Assembly (NCBI GenBank): GCA_013204405.1
Contig: JABMNX010000040.1
Span: 1,046 to 65,045, forward strand
Reading direction: 5' to 3'
DNA from: Candidatus Kaiserbacteria bacterium
GTDB taxonomy: Bacteria; Patescibacteriota; Minisyncoccia; Phycocordibacterales; JABMNX01
DNA length: 64,000 nucleotides
Positions 1-10,090 of this stretch are shown piece by piece. The position numbers and the translations under genes are program-made. The notes under the pieces were generated by a model. That model saw only the letters and a program-made list of their open reading frames with translations. It had not been told where the DNA came from and did not search any database. The first letter of the stretch is position 1, and each line of letters begins with the position of its first letter.

Positions 1-927
<927 letters not shown>

Positions 928-929
928 CC

Positions 930-1169
930 ATGTTTCCACTTACTATCACAACTGTCGATAAGAAACTTTTCAAAGGAGAAGTTGTTTCAGTGACCGCACC
1001 AGCTCAAGAAGGTGAGGTTACTATTCTTGCTCATCACGCACCCTTTGTAAGTACTCTTACTAACGGTGTTATTACTGTACGGGAAGGGAAGGACGTAGAA
1101 CCGTTACTATTTGATATTGAAAAAGGAATTATTGAAGTAGGTGGCAACTTTGCAACTATTTTGGTGTAA
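930..1169 (+). CDS. atpC: ATP synthase F1 epsilon subunit, short form (N-terminal beta-sandwich only)
   Basis: 79 aa directly after atpD. The motif GEVTILAHHAPFVSTL matches the epsilon N-domain. No C-terminal helical hairpin. Confidence 0.8.
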   Translation: MFPLTITTVDKKLFKGEVVSVTAPAQEGEVTILAHHAPFVSTLTNGVITVREGKDVEPLLFDIEKGIIEVGGNFATILV

Positions 1170-1235
1170 CTTTGTTTTTAAGTCCGCTTAGTACAGGTAG
1201 AAAATATATAATCAAAATGATAGTATTATTTTAAT

Positions 1236-2411
1236 ATGAAAGTTGAACGAATATTTGTAGGTGGATGGTTTCAGAGAACGACTCTGCACCTCTCAGAAAT
1301 ATATGACTTCCTTAAAGATGGAGAGTCTCCACTGCCTTTAGATAAGAAAAAGCTACTTACACTTCGAGATTCTCTGTCACTGAGTGATATAGAACTAAGT
1401 GTTGAAGATTTAGAATATATACACGTTACTACCTCAGGTGGTATAGAAGTTAAGATTTTTGAAGACGGACTCATTGTGCTTGGTAAAGATAATGAAAAAG
1501 ATGTTAGGGCTGATATAACCGACCTTACCTCTTACTATGAAGAAAAACTGTCTCCAGCCATTAGTTATATTTTTTCACTTGGAGCGCCAGTTCCTAAGGA
1601 GCTCGCTAATATCAAGACTATTTACCCGTATTTTCTCGTATTAAAGAATGCTACCGATAGTGAAGTGCAGAATTTACTTGATGAATTTAAACAGGAAAAA
1701 TATTTTGAAATAAAAGAAAAGACATTTCAAGTCTATCGTGGAGATAAGCTTTATATTGTAAATAACATCTCAGAAAAAATTACTGATATTGAGAAATTTA
1801 TTCAAGAGCAGATATTTATGCGCGAGTTTAAAGGTCAATTGCACCGATATCTCAACCTCCATCGTATTATTTGGGAAAGAATAGCAGAAGTTAAAGAGAA
1901 GGGGAAAATACGCGGTAAAGACGTAGGAGCATTTAATACTCGAATAGAGGAATATGCCAAGACAATTAACCTTATTGATACCCGAATTAATCAGATGGGT
2001 GCATATATTTCTACTCGCGAGTCCGTTTTAAAGAATGACCCGCATATGCAGAAATTTTTAGGAGTACTTCAATTTAAATATGAAACGTTATCTGACACGT
2101 TGTCATATGTTAAAGATATATGGCAGATGACAAGTAATTATGTTGACTCTGCACTGAACCTCTTCTCTTCAATTCAAGCAAAGAGTACAGAATCGTCTGT
2201 TACAAACCTTACTATCATCACATCAATGGGAGTTGGTGCGACGCTTATGGGACTCTTCTCCAAAAGCGCTCCTGAGTTCACTCTCTTTGGAGTTGGTTAT
2301 TTTATTGCACTTGCTGTAATTGGATACTCTGCAAACAAAGTCATGAAGACTATCGCAGAACGACGTATGTACAAGATTCAGGACGTTGATGTTGCTAAAG
2401 ATATTACATAG
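1236..2411 (+). CDS. hypothetical protein with a large soluble N-domain and two C-terminal TM helices (CorA-like topology, no GMN motif)
   Basis: 391 aa. C-terminus reads LTIITSMGVGATLMGLF...GYFIALAVIGY, the spacing of CorA TM1-loop-TM2, but GMN is replaced by LMGLF. Confidence 0.45.
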   Translation: MKVERIFVGGWFQRTTLHLSEIYDFLKDGESPLPLDKKKLLTLRDSLSLSDIELSVEDLEYIHVTTSGGIEVKIFEDGLIVLGKDNEKDVRADITDLTSYYEEKLSPAISYIFSLGAPVPKELANIKTIYPYFLVLKNATDSEVQNLLDEFKQEKYFEIKEKTFQVYRGDKLYIVNNISEKITDIEKFIQEQIFMREFKGQLHRYLNLHRIIWERIAEVKEKGKIRGKDVGAFNTRIEEYAKTINLIDTRINQMGAYISTRESVLKNDPHMQKFLGVLQFKYETLSDTLSYVKDIWQMTSNYVDSALNLFSSIQAKSTESSVTNLTIITSMGVGATLMGLFSKSAPEFTLFGVGYFIALAVIGYSANKVMKTIAERRMYKIQDVDVAKDIT

Positions 2412-2523
2412 GGACATACGAAATAAAGAGGTTTGGGTGTTTGTGGTGCATAGAAGTCTTTTGATATATGCTTAGGTTAAATTTATGTTGCGGTGATAAT
2501 ATTAATAAAATAAATAAAAAATC

Positions 2524-3231
2524 ATGCTCAAGAAACTCATATATATACCAGCACTCGCAATCTTTCTGTTTGCAGGGGTTGTACAGGCGCAAACTGAAGA
2601 TATATTACCTAATGCTGGAATGTTGCCAGATAGTCCTTTTTACTTTCTTGAAAGGTTAACTGAAGGGGTTACCATATTTTTTACATTTGGAGATAAGGCT
2701 AAGGCAGAACGTCTTTTCAAACAGTCAGAGGAACGGTTAGCTGAAGTACAAGCGCTGGTTAATAAAGATAAATCAGAAAAGGCTGAAAAAATAATTGAAC
2801 GATATCAGGAGAAGATAGCTAAGGCTATAGAAAGAGCGAAGCGGGCTCGAGAAAAAAATGAAGATGTTGACGATATCCTCGAACATATCGCAGAGGCAAC
2901 ATCACGCCACCAGGAAGTACTTGGTGATGTGTACAAAAAGGCTCCTGAGGACGCAAAAGAAGCTATCAAACATGCTCTTGAAATGAGTTCAAAAGGGTAT
3001 GACTCAGTTCTTCAAGCTATCTCTGAAGATAGAATAGAGGAAGTACTCAAACGGGTAAAAGTTAGTGTTGAAGAGGCTAAAGAACGCTTGGAAAGCTTAC
3101 GGGAGAGAGGAATCCCAGTTCCAGGACTTAACGTGTACAACAAAGAGGACTTACGTGAGCGTATGGAAGACAGAATAGAGGATGTCGATGAAGAGCAAGA
3201 CATGACAGAAACTGAAGAGATGCAGCGGTAG
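2524..3231 (+). CDS. secreted coiled-coil protein, DUF5667-like
   Basis: Signal peptide MLKKLIYIPALAIFLFAGVVQAQ, then a PDSPFYFLERL motif and a long charged, helical, KE-rich region. Confidence 0.5.
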   Translation: MLKKLIYIPALAIFLFAGVVQAQTEDILPNAGMLPDSPFYFLERLTEGVTIFFTFGDKAKAERLFKQSEERLAEVQALVNKDKSEKAEKIIERYQEKIAKAIERAKRAREKNEDVDDILEHIAEATSRHQEVLGDVYKKAPEDAKEAIKHALEMSSKGYDSVLQAISEDRIEEVLKRVKVSVEEAKERLESLRERGIPVPGLNVYNKEDLRERMEDRIEDVDEEQDMTETEEMQR

Positions 3232-3264
3232 TAGTTAAAAAAATATAGAAAACACGCCACGTAT

Positions 3265-3591
3265 GTGGAGTGTTTTCATTGTAAAAAACAATGCTACTAT
3301 AGTGACATGTTTAAGCGTACTAAAGAGGATTTTAAGTGTGAACACTGCGGAGAGCAGGTAGTTGGTAATGGATATACTAACCATTGCCCAGGGTGTTTGT
3401 GGAGCAAACACGTTGATATTGAGCCTGGGGACCGTGCCTCAGAGTGTGGGGGTATGATGCGTCCTGTTTTATTAGAAGAAAAAAACGGAGGGTATGTAGT
3501 ACTTCATCGCTGTACTGAATGTAGTTTTGAAAAGCATAATAAGCTTCAAAATGAGGACAATTTTGACCCAGAGCAGGTACTCAACAGTTAG
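3265..3591 (+). CDS. RNHCP domain zinc-ribbon protein
   Basis: GYTNHCPGCLWSKHVD, plus CxxC pairs (CFHC, CEHC, CTEC) typical of the RNHCP family. Confidence 0.65.
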   Translation: MECFHCKKQCYYSDMFKRTKEDFKCEHCGEQVVGNGYTNHCPGCLWSKHVDIEPGDRASECGGMMRPVLLEEKNGGYVVLHRCTECSFEKHNKLQNEDNFDPEQVLNS

Positions 3592-3631
3592 TACTAGCGC
3601 AGTGTAGTATTTTTGTGACATAGTAAAGGTA

Positions 3632-4087
3632 ATGATTGATCCAATGGAATATATGAAGCAACCGTGGCCACCTCCTGTGCCACACTACCATGGTGATACT
3701 GTCCAGATGCTCTTTCTTACTGGTGGAATAATTATCTTAGCGTCACTCCCTTTCTTTAAAAACTTACTCCAAGCAGGGACTAGTTTTTTACCAATCTTCG
3801 TTGTCCTCTTAGTACTGGGAGGGGCTATAGTAAATCCATTTCAACGTTTAACTGTTGCTGTTAACTTAATCATAGCAGCGATTGCGGTAATTTTATTTGA
3901 ATACGCAGCAGTTATCGGTTTTGGAGAAGATGAATTTATTTTATCTGTAATTAGACAATCTCTCGCAATAATATTTCTCTTTGCACTTTACTACAGTGGC
4001 AGAACCCTACGTGCAATGTTTCTACATCAGATAGGCAAAAAGAATGGTCAGATTTATGATGATGATAACAAGTCTGACGAATTATAA
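3632..4087 (+). CDS. hypothetical integral membrane protein
   Basis: 151 aa with three or four hydrophobic helices. No recognisable motif. Confidence 0.5.
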   Translation: MIDPMEYMKQPWPPPVPHYHGDTVQMLFLTGGIIILASLPFFKNLLQAGTSFLPIFVVLLVLGGAIVNPFQRLTVAVNLIIAAIAVILFEYAAVIGFGEDEFILSVIRQSLAIIFLFALYYSGRTLRAMFLHQIGKKNGQIYDDDNKSDEL

Positions 4088-4124
4088 ACATGTTCTTCGA
4101 TCGTTTTTTTGATACACTATAGGT

Positions 4125-4352
4125 ATGTTTAAAAATATGTTAATGAAGAGACTACTTAAGTCTAAGATGAAGGACGTGCCTGAAGAGCAACAAGACATGA
4201 TTCTTTCTGCGATTGAGAAAAACCCTGATTTCTTTCAAAAGGTTGGATTAGAAATTCAGACCAAGATGAAAGAAGGAAAAGACCAAATGACAGCAACTAT
4301 GGAGGTGATGCAGTCTCATCAGGAAGAGTTGCAGGGATTTATGAAAAAATAA
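4125..4352 (+). CDS. hypothetical small soluble protein
   Basis: 75 aa, K/E/M-rich, between membrane-protein genes. Confidence 0.35.
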   Translation: MFKNMLMKRLLKSKMKDVPEEQQDMILSAIEKNPDFFQKVGLEIQTKMKEGKDQMTATMEVMQSHQEELQGFMKK

Positions 4353-4355
4353 ATT

Positions 4356-4850
4356 ATGGATATCTATACTATTCTCATTCTTACACACCTGGTTGGTACA
4401 GTTTTAGGTGTAGGTTCGGCAACATTTGCAGAGATTTTTTACCTTAAAGCACTTAAGGACGGTGAGGTTAGTCCAGATGAAGGTGCTCTTCTCAAGTCAA
4501 CGTATACTGTATTACGAGTTGGGCTTATTTTGGGGGTATTGTCAGGATTTGGGTTTTTATTGTTATATCGATTTACTGGGCAGGAAGAGCGTTTACTTGA
4601 CCCTAAGCTTTGGGCAAAAATGACCGTTATTGTAATTCTTGTTATTAATGCGCTCATGCTCCAACTCCACCGTATTCCTATGTGGCTTGGAGCATCACTT
4701 TCGGTTACGTCCTGGTATGCAGCAATGATTCTTGGGGCATGGCATGGTGTTCCGTATTCATACATAGAAATCATGGCGGGGTATATAGTTGCAGTTATTG
4801 TTATGATTTTTGTGCTCGAATTTATAAAGAAAACATATTTAAAAAAGTAA
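4356..4850 (+). CDS. hypothetical integral membrane protein
   Basis: 164 aa with four predicted TM helices. Confidence 0.5.
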   Translation: MDIYTILILTHLVGTVLGVGSATFAEIFYLKALKDGEVSPDEGALLKSTYTVLRVGLILGVLSGFGFLLLYRFTGQEERLLDPKLWAKMTVIVILVINALMLQLHRIPMWLGASLSVTSWYAAMILGAWHGVPYSYIEIMAGYIVAVIVMIFVLEFIKKTYLKK

Positions 4851-4860
4851 CACGATATCT

Positions 4861-5316
4861 ATGAGTCAAATATTTATAATTACACTTATTGTCCATGTTA
4901 TCTCCGGACTTGTTGGCTTTATTGCTACCTACGCGATATTAATGGCACTTTTTAGAAAAGAATCATCTATTAGAGTTTTGCGTTTTTCATCAGCTCTTGC
5001 ATTCCTTTCGTACATGACCTCTTGGTTAATGGGAGGATACTACTATGTCCTTAGGTACGGACCTGAGGTTAAGCCGGTAATTAAGAGTGGAGATAATCCA
5101 TGGGCCCACTCTTTTTTTATGGAGACAAAGGAACACATTTTCCTACTGTTACCAGTACTCACTTTTATGTTAGCTCTTATTTTTTTTGTTCGTGGAGAAG
5201 AGGTTGTCTCAAAAGGACGAATGAAACGAGCGGTTATATACATAACGGTGCTCACTGCGCTACTCGCACTCTTCATCACAGCTTCTGGAATTATTATAAG
5301 TGGAAGTGCGCGATAA
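4861..5316 (+). CDS. hypothetical integral membrane protein
   Basis: 151 aa with four TM helices. Immediately follows the previous membrane ORF. Confidence 0.5.
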   Translation: MSQIFIITLIVHVISGLVGFIATYAILMALFRKESSIRVLRFSSALAFLSYMTSWLMGGYYYVLRYGPEVKPVIKSGDNPWAHSFFMETKEHIFLLLPVLTFMLALIFFVRGEEVVSKGRMKRAVIYITVLTALLALFITASGIIISGSAR

Positions 5317-5330
5317 TATAGATAAAAATT

Positions 5331-5678
5331 ATGAAGACCAAGAATATGACCAAGGATAAAAAATCACAATACATTCTGGCATTTGCCATGAGCGCAAGTT
5401 TGGCTATAGTTACGATAGCTGTCCTGACAATAGTGGGGGAATTACATAAGCCACTTAAGGATTGGTTGGCTACAACATTTACTCATCATTGGATAGGCAA
5501 AGGTGTGATTTCGTTTGTTGGGTTTTATATAGTAGGATATGTTCTTAGCTTCTTAGTTTCAGCTGCTCGAGACAAAGAAGCGACAATCTTATTTTGGTTG
5601 TTTTGGGTCAGCGTACTGAGTACTCTCGCAATTTTTGGATTTTATTATTACGAGGCATTCATGGTGGTCCATGTGTAA
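5331..5678 (+). CDS. hypothetical integral membrane protein
   Basis: 115 aa with three TM helices. Confidence 0.45.
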   Translation: MKTKNMTKDKKSQYILAFAMSASLAIVTIAVLTIVGELHKPLKDWLATTFTHHWIGKGVISFVGFYIVGYVLSFLVSAARDKEATILFWLFWVSVLSTLAIFGFYYYEAFMVVHV

Positions 5679-5712
5679 ATATATTAGATAAATTTAAACC
5701 GTTACTATTTTT

Positions 5713-6309
5713 ATGAAAACAAAGAAAGTTTTAGTGTTTGTAGGACATCCTGATACTGATTCAACTGTCGGCTCACTTGCAACCGCATACGTTGAAGGTG
5801 CTCAAGCAGGAGGTCACGAAGTTCGTCGCATGAATATTGGAGAAATGCAGTTTGACCCCATCCTACACAAGGGGTACAAGGAAATTCAAGCACTTGAACC
5901 AGACTTATTGTCAGCACAAGAAAACTTTACATGGGCAGACCATATTGTGATTTTGTATCCAAACTGGTGGTGTTCAATGCCCGCTCTACTAAAGGGGATG
6001 TTTGACCGAATGTGGCTTCCGGGATTTGCTTTTAATTTTAAAAAAGATAAAGATGGAAACCGTACGAGTAAACTCATAAAGATGTTTGAAGGGAAAAGTG
6101 GGCGTGTAGTAGTAACAACCGGCACACACCCAATAATGATTCGATTTCACTTTGGAGACTTTACCAATGAGATAATTAGGGTTATCTTAGGATTCTCTGG
6201 TATTTCACCTGTGCGCCTCAGTACGTTTGGCCCTAGTGAAAAAGCATCAGAAAAGAAAAAAGAAGCATGGCGCACCGAAATGTACACGCTCGGACAAAAA
6301 GCAAAATAG
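5713..6309 (+). CDS. NAD(P)H dehydrogenase (quinone), flavodoxin-like fold (MdaB/YrkL/KefF-like)
   Basis: KVLVFVGHPDTDS...ADHIVILYPNWWCSMPALLKGMFDRMW matches the Flavodoxin_2 family signature. Confidence 0.75.
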   Translation: MKTKKVLVFVGHPDTDSTVGSLATAYVEGAQAGGHEVRRMNIGEMQFDPILHKGYKEIQALEPDLLSAQENFTWADHIVILYPNWWCSMPALLKGMFDRMWLPGFAFNFKKDKDGNRTSKLIKMFEGKSGRVVVTTGTHPIMIRFHFGDFTNEIIRVILGFSGISPVRLSTFGPSEKASEKKKEAWRTEMYTLGQKAK

Positions 6310-6416
6310 GAATTAACACAATCATGTCACTATCAATCGGTATGGTCAGAACACAATAAGACATTACAGCACCAAGAATGAGAGACTGATACCATTCTCC
6401 TTTACTATAAAATTAC

Positions 6417-6437
6417 CACCTCCTATGAAAAGAGGTG
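6417..6437. repeat. perfect hairpin CACCTC-ctatgaaaa-GAGGTG
   Basis: Read directly. The loop shares CCTATGAAA with the terminator hairpin at 18553-18577. Confidence 0.5.
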
Positions 6438-6528
6438 TAGATTACGGGTTCAGACCAAAAGAACCTATTTCTTATTAACAGTTGTGGATTTCTCCACTCA
6501 ACTTTACTGGTATCATTTAAGTGTATTA

Positions 6529-6802
6529 GTGGCTACCCCTATTGGGGTAGCGCTGTTGGTTAACAAGGTATCTTTCGAACCTCGCGGACGGTGTATTGAG
6601 GATACCTGCGAGCGTAACTCTCGGTAACAATATGCCCAGTCCTAACATCACGGTAAATAATAACCGTGCGGTATTTTTTTGTTTTCACAATAAAATCTCG
6701 TTAGTTTTCTGATAAACGACCTTATGACGTGTTGAACTCACGTCGAGTTGTCAAACGCTGTTGCTCAACTCGTCAGTCGTTATCTCCCAGAGGGGTAGCC
6801 AC
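6529..6802. repeat. 12-bp inverted repeat pair GTGGCTACCCCT (6529-6540) and AGGGGTAGCCAC (6791-6802) bracketing about 270 bp, possibly a MITE-like element. An internal hairpin GCTACCCC-tatt-GGGGTAGC lies at 6532-6551.
   Basis: Read directly in the sequence. No ORF lies inside. Confidence 0.4.
6651..6685 (+). terminator. putative rho-independent terminator
   Basis: CGGTaaataataACCG hairpin followed by tgcggta and TTTTTTTgTTTT. Confidence 0.4.
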
Positions 6803-6894
6803 CAATAAACTCAAAGAACAGAATAAAGTATTTTTGTTACCTTATATTATACCACACCTACTTCTATTTTTGAATAAAAATAGAAAATCTACAT

Positions 6895-7038
6895 TCATTT
6901 TTTTGTAATTTGACCATTTTTTATTTCATAACCCTCCGAAATAAGGCGGTTATGAATACGACGGAGTACTTCACCAAGAGTTACTAAACTTTCTATGGTT
7001 TCCTTTGAAAAAAGAGGTTCTGGCTTTTCGGTTTTCAT
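6895..7038 (-). CDS. small hypothetical ORF (47 aa), MKTEKPEPLFSKETIESLVTLGEVLRRIHNRLISEGYEIKNGQITKK
   Basis: ATG to TGA on the minus strand, inside the long non-coding stretch. Too short for the ORF track. Possibly a small DNA-binding protein or a gene remnant. Confidence 0.2.
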   Translation of the reverse strand: MKTEKPEPLFSKETIESLVTLGEVLRRIHNRLISEGYEIKNGQITKK

Positions 7039-7124
7039 ATTGTTAAACTAAGGATACAACTGAATATATTACCCGCAAGGGTAGAAGTCTAACCCTTATT
7101 ATATTTATAAGGTATGGCTTAAAA

Positions 7125-7230
7125 CCTATACAGTGCAAAAAACTCCGTCTCGGAGTCGCTGTATAGGTCGTGTGGGGAAACTCATACGGGCAGGAGCAAT
7201 CTTGTCGCAACGGGACGGAGCTTTTTGTAT
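7125..7230 (+). promoter_or_regulatory. structured leader upstream of a small membrane-protein gene, with mutually exclusive pairings
   Basis: Hairpin CCTATACAG...CTGTATAGG (7125-7167) encloses CTCCG-tct-CGGAG (7143-7155). CTCCGTC (7143-7149) can alternatively pair with GACGGAG (7214-7220), which is followed by CTTTTT. Confidence 0.25.
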
Positions 7231-7309
7231 GGAAATAAAAAATAGAACTCAATATCAAAAAAAGGTTACGTGGAAAAAGCACGGGTTTGAGAAAAACTTT
7301 GGTTCAAAA

Positions 7310-7519
7310 ATGTTAAATGGGATTACTTATGGAGTCTTTGGTTTGCCAATACTTCTTGGTATTTTTGCAGTGCCAGTTGCATTAGCGTTGTTGCCAGTAA
7401 CACTTCTTGTTGATTGGTTGTTTCCTAATCTTGTCTTTCCATACAATTTATTTTTCCAACTTCCTATTGCTATATACGTGGTCTGGCAAGTTTGGAAGTT
7501 TTTGGAGGAAAAAGATTAA
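7310..7519 (+). CDS. small hypothetical membrane protein (69 aa)
   Basis: MLNGITYGVFGLPILLGIFAVPVALALLPV... has two TM helices. The listed ORF 7133..7519 starts at GTG inside the structured leader, so the internal ATG at 7310 is preferred. Confidence 0.4.
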   Translation: MLNGITYGVFGLPILLGIFAVPVALALLPVTLLVDWLFPNLVFPYNLFFQLPIAIYVVWQVWKFLEEKD

Positions 7520-7523
7520 CTTT

Positions 7524-8123
7524 ATGAACGAGCAAGAATTATTCAGGAAGGTGTATGGTGAGATACTTGATTATGTGGAGGACGATTTACTTTTGAAATG
7601 TGCTAATTGGGGATATGGCGTTCACCAAACACTTCTGGAAAATAAACAGTATCTTATGCAGGTAGAAAAACAAGGGGAACAAAGTGCTCCGTTTATGTAT
7701 GCTGTGGCAACAGCGGTTATCGTCGGCGAGTTTGCTAAACTTGCATATAGAGACCATTTTTCTGACGAAACAAACCTTCTTTTGGACGAACTAGATTTGG
7801 AGTTTGAACAGGTGAGTGGCTTTCTCAATAAGTATATTGGTAAAGACCGTTTTGAAATGCTGGAGGAAATAAATGGTGTTAGTTTGAAGGACATTTGGGC
7901 TACGATAGGTGAGTGGAAAGAGGAGATATATAAATCACTAGTTCATATTTATAAAGAGCAAGGTGAAAAAGAGTCAGACCATAAAATATATACTTCACTA
8001 CTAACTCTGTTTGAGGAAATGGACGAGGAGACAGGAGATATTCTTCCAAGACTAATGGATAAGACTTTTGGTTATCCAGAAATGGAAGTATATGAGTATA
8101 TAAGTAATGGCTTCAAAAACTAA
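7524..8123 (+). CDS. hypothetical acidic protein (199 aa), island gene 1
   Basis: Internal ATG of ORF 7407..8123, starting 5 nt after the previous stop. No recognisable motif. Confidence 0.5.
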   Translation: MNEQELFRKVYGEILDYVEDDLLLKCANWGYGVHQTLLENKQYLMQVEKQGEQSAPFMYAVATAVIVGEFAKLAYRDHFSDETNLLLDELDLEFEQVSGFLNKYIGKDRFEMLEEINGVSLKDIWATIGEWKEEIYKSLVHIYKEQGEKESDHKIYTSLLTLFEEMDEETGDILPRLMDKTFGYPEMEVYEYISNGFKN

Positions 8124-8125
8124 TT

Positions 8126-8437
8126 ATGAAAGTTTCTATTCCAAAAGAATATCTGGGACATTTTCAAGAAGATATAGCATTCCTTACTTGGTGGAAGAAA
8201 CCAACACTACTTTTAATGAATAAAGACGAAAAAGAGTCCTTTCAAGAAACACTGGAGAAGGGTGTGTGGATACGCTTCGCGGAAGGTTGCGAATGGAGTC
8301 CTCTTTGTATGCCTATCGTTGAATTAGTCATAGAAGACGGAATAATTAGCATTCCTACCCCAGAAGACCCTAGAAGGCGTTTACGAGGTAAAAATAGGGT
8401 ATTTACAAGTGATAGAGCTGGTATTGTTCTATCTTAA
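8126..8437 (+). CDS. hypothetical protein (103 aa), island gene 2
   Basis: Starts 3 nt after gene 1. No recognisable motif. Confidence 0.45.
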   Translation: MKVSIPKEYLGHFQEDIAFLTWWKKPTLLLMNKDEKESFQETLEKGVWIRFAEGCEWSPLCMPIVELVIEDGIISIPTPEDPRRRLRGKNRVFTSDRAGIVLS

Positions 8438-8501
8438 TAAGGTGATTTGTCCCTATTGGAGTGTTATAAATTAGTATTAAGTTCGTGATAAAATAGAAGT
8501 A

Positions 8502-9092
8502 ATGACTAAACTAATGACAGTAACAAAGGAAAACGGGGTGACACAACGTAGTGACATCACTCTTACGAAAGAGACTGCTGTTACGCTGTCACAAAACATA
8601 CTTTTGGGCAGGAGTTTATTGACTAGAGAGGCAGAAAAAAAGGGAGTAGTAGAGCTTATTGGAAACGACGGAGGGCTTGTCACTGTGCCGTATCATACAC
8701 TACGTATGTGGATAGTTAGAAAGAATGTTATACCAGAGACAGGCAATGTTTTGAGGGACATTTTGGACGAAGCAAGAGAGGAATATCGTAACATCAAAAA
8801 GAGGGAAATGGACGAAAAACGGGAGGAAGTAATCGACAAGAAGTTTAATAGGGTTATATCTATGAGGACGAAAGAGCCAGCGGTAGGAATGTTCGGAGTG
8901 GTCAAAGACCCTATAACGAAAAAGCCAGTCTACATTGAGAATGTGAAACTGCTCGCAGAGCAAATGAAGAACGTACGCTTTTTGGCAGAGCGTTTATATT
9001 CAAACCGCTATGGAAAAGTTATGAAGAGTGAAAACAAGAACCTAACACTCTCTCTTTCAGACTTACGGAAGTATGAGGAGAGACAAAAATAA
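8502..9092 (+). CDS. hypothetical protein (196 aa), island gene 3
   Basis: Basic, K/E-rich C-terminus. No recognisable motif. Confidence 0.45.
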   Translation: MTKLMTVTKENGVTQRSDITLTKETAVTLSQNILLGRSLLTREAEKKGVVELIGNDGGLVTVPYHTLRMWIVRKNVIPETGNVLRDILDEAREEYRNIKKREMDEKREEVIDKKFNRVISMRTKEPAVGMFGVVKDPITKKPVYIENVKLLAEQMKNVRFLAERLYSNRYGKVMKSENKNLTLSLSDLRKYEERQK

Positions 9093-9139
9093 TACCTTCT
9101 ATTGCAATGTAAAGAATTGTAAAGTATACTGGTTTAATT

Positions 9140-10090
9140 ATGTCAAACAAAAAACTTGGTAAATTAGACAATGTTAAGTTGAGAGACATTTGGGAAAATG
9201 AGGAAAGAGATTTTTCTTCTTGGCTTATTGAACCAGAAAATCTAGCACTTCTTGGTGGCGAGTTAGGTATAGACATTTCTTTTATTGAAAAAGAAGCTGG
9301 TGTTGGAAAGTTTAGTTTGGATATTCTTGCGAAGGAGGCGAACACGAACAGAAATATAATAATTGAAAACCAGCTTGAAATTACAGACCACGACCACTTA
9401 GGTAAAATTATTACCTATGCGGCGGGGCATAATGCTTCCATTGTGATATGGATTTTTAAGGATATTCGGGAAGAACACAGACAAGCTGTTGATTGGCTGA
9501 ATGAAAATACGAATGAGGAGTTATCGTTTTTTGCTGTGAGAGTTGAGGCGTGGAAAATTGACAATTCTGCCCCTGCACCAAAGTTCCATATTATAAGTAG
9601 ACCAAATGAATGGGCTAAAACTGTCAGGAAAAGTTCTGAAGGTGGCAGTTTGGGTAAGACCAAACTTAAACAATTAGATTTTTGGACTAACTTGAAATCG
9701 TATGCAACAGGTAAAGAAGTCACATTATTTAGTAGGACACCTCGTTCACAACATTGGTATGACGTTTCTATTGGGTCGTCTGAAGCCCATATATCACTGA
9801 CTGTGAACACGAGAGACAAGATATTTTCTTGTGAGTTGTGGATAAATAACAATAAGGATATTTTTAATTTTTTGAAGGAACAAAAAGAAAAAATTGAAAA
9901 GGAATTAGACACCTCTCTTGTGTGGAAAGACGAGAATATGATTGCATCAAGAATAATACAACGACGACCTAATTCTGATTTGGATAGTGAGGAAGAAATG
10001 GAGACCTACTATGATTGGTTTATAGAAAGAACAATAGTTTTCCACAAGGTTTTTGGTAAGTTTCTTAATGATTTTAAGAATGAAAGCTAA
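9140..10090 (+). CDS. DUF4268-type protein with an N-terminal PD-(D/E)xK-like (restriction-endonuclease fold) domain
   Basis: The N-domain motif FSLDILAKE...IIIENQLEITDHDHLGKIITYAAG resembles the nuclease-like family commonly co-encoded with type I R-M systems. Confidence 0.5.
   Translation: MSNKKLGKLDNVKLRDIWENEERDFSSWLIEPENLALLGGELGIDISFIEKEAGVGKFSLDILAKEANTNRNIIIENQLEITDHDHLGKIITYAAGHNASIVIWIFKDIREEHRQAVDWLNENTNEELSFFAVRVEAWKIDNSAPAPKFHIISRPNEWAKTVRKSSEGGSLGKTKLKQLDFWTNLKSYATGKEVTLFSRTPRSQHWYDVSIGSSEAHISLTVNTRDKIFSCELWINNNKDIFNFLKEQKEKIEKELDTSLVWKDENMIASRIIQRRPNSDLDSEEEMETYYDWFIERTIVFHKVFGKFLNDFKNES

Noticed and set aside
6557-6700. Possible tRNA or tmRNA (GGTTCGAAA T-loop-like string on the minus strand at ~6570-6580, structured surroundings).
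   Set aside because: No complementary T-stem, no acceptor stem or CCA, and no ...ALAA-type tag reading frame anywhere in 6310-7130. tRNA cloverleaf positions cannot be satisfied.
7133-7309. N-terminal extension of ORF 7133..7519 (GTG start, basic peptide).
   Set aside because: The extension covers the hairpin-rich leader and has arginine-rich low-complexity translation. The hydrophobic protein begins naturally at the ATG at 7310.
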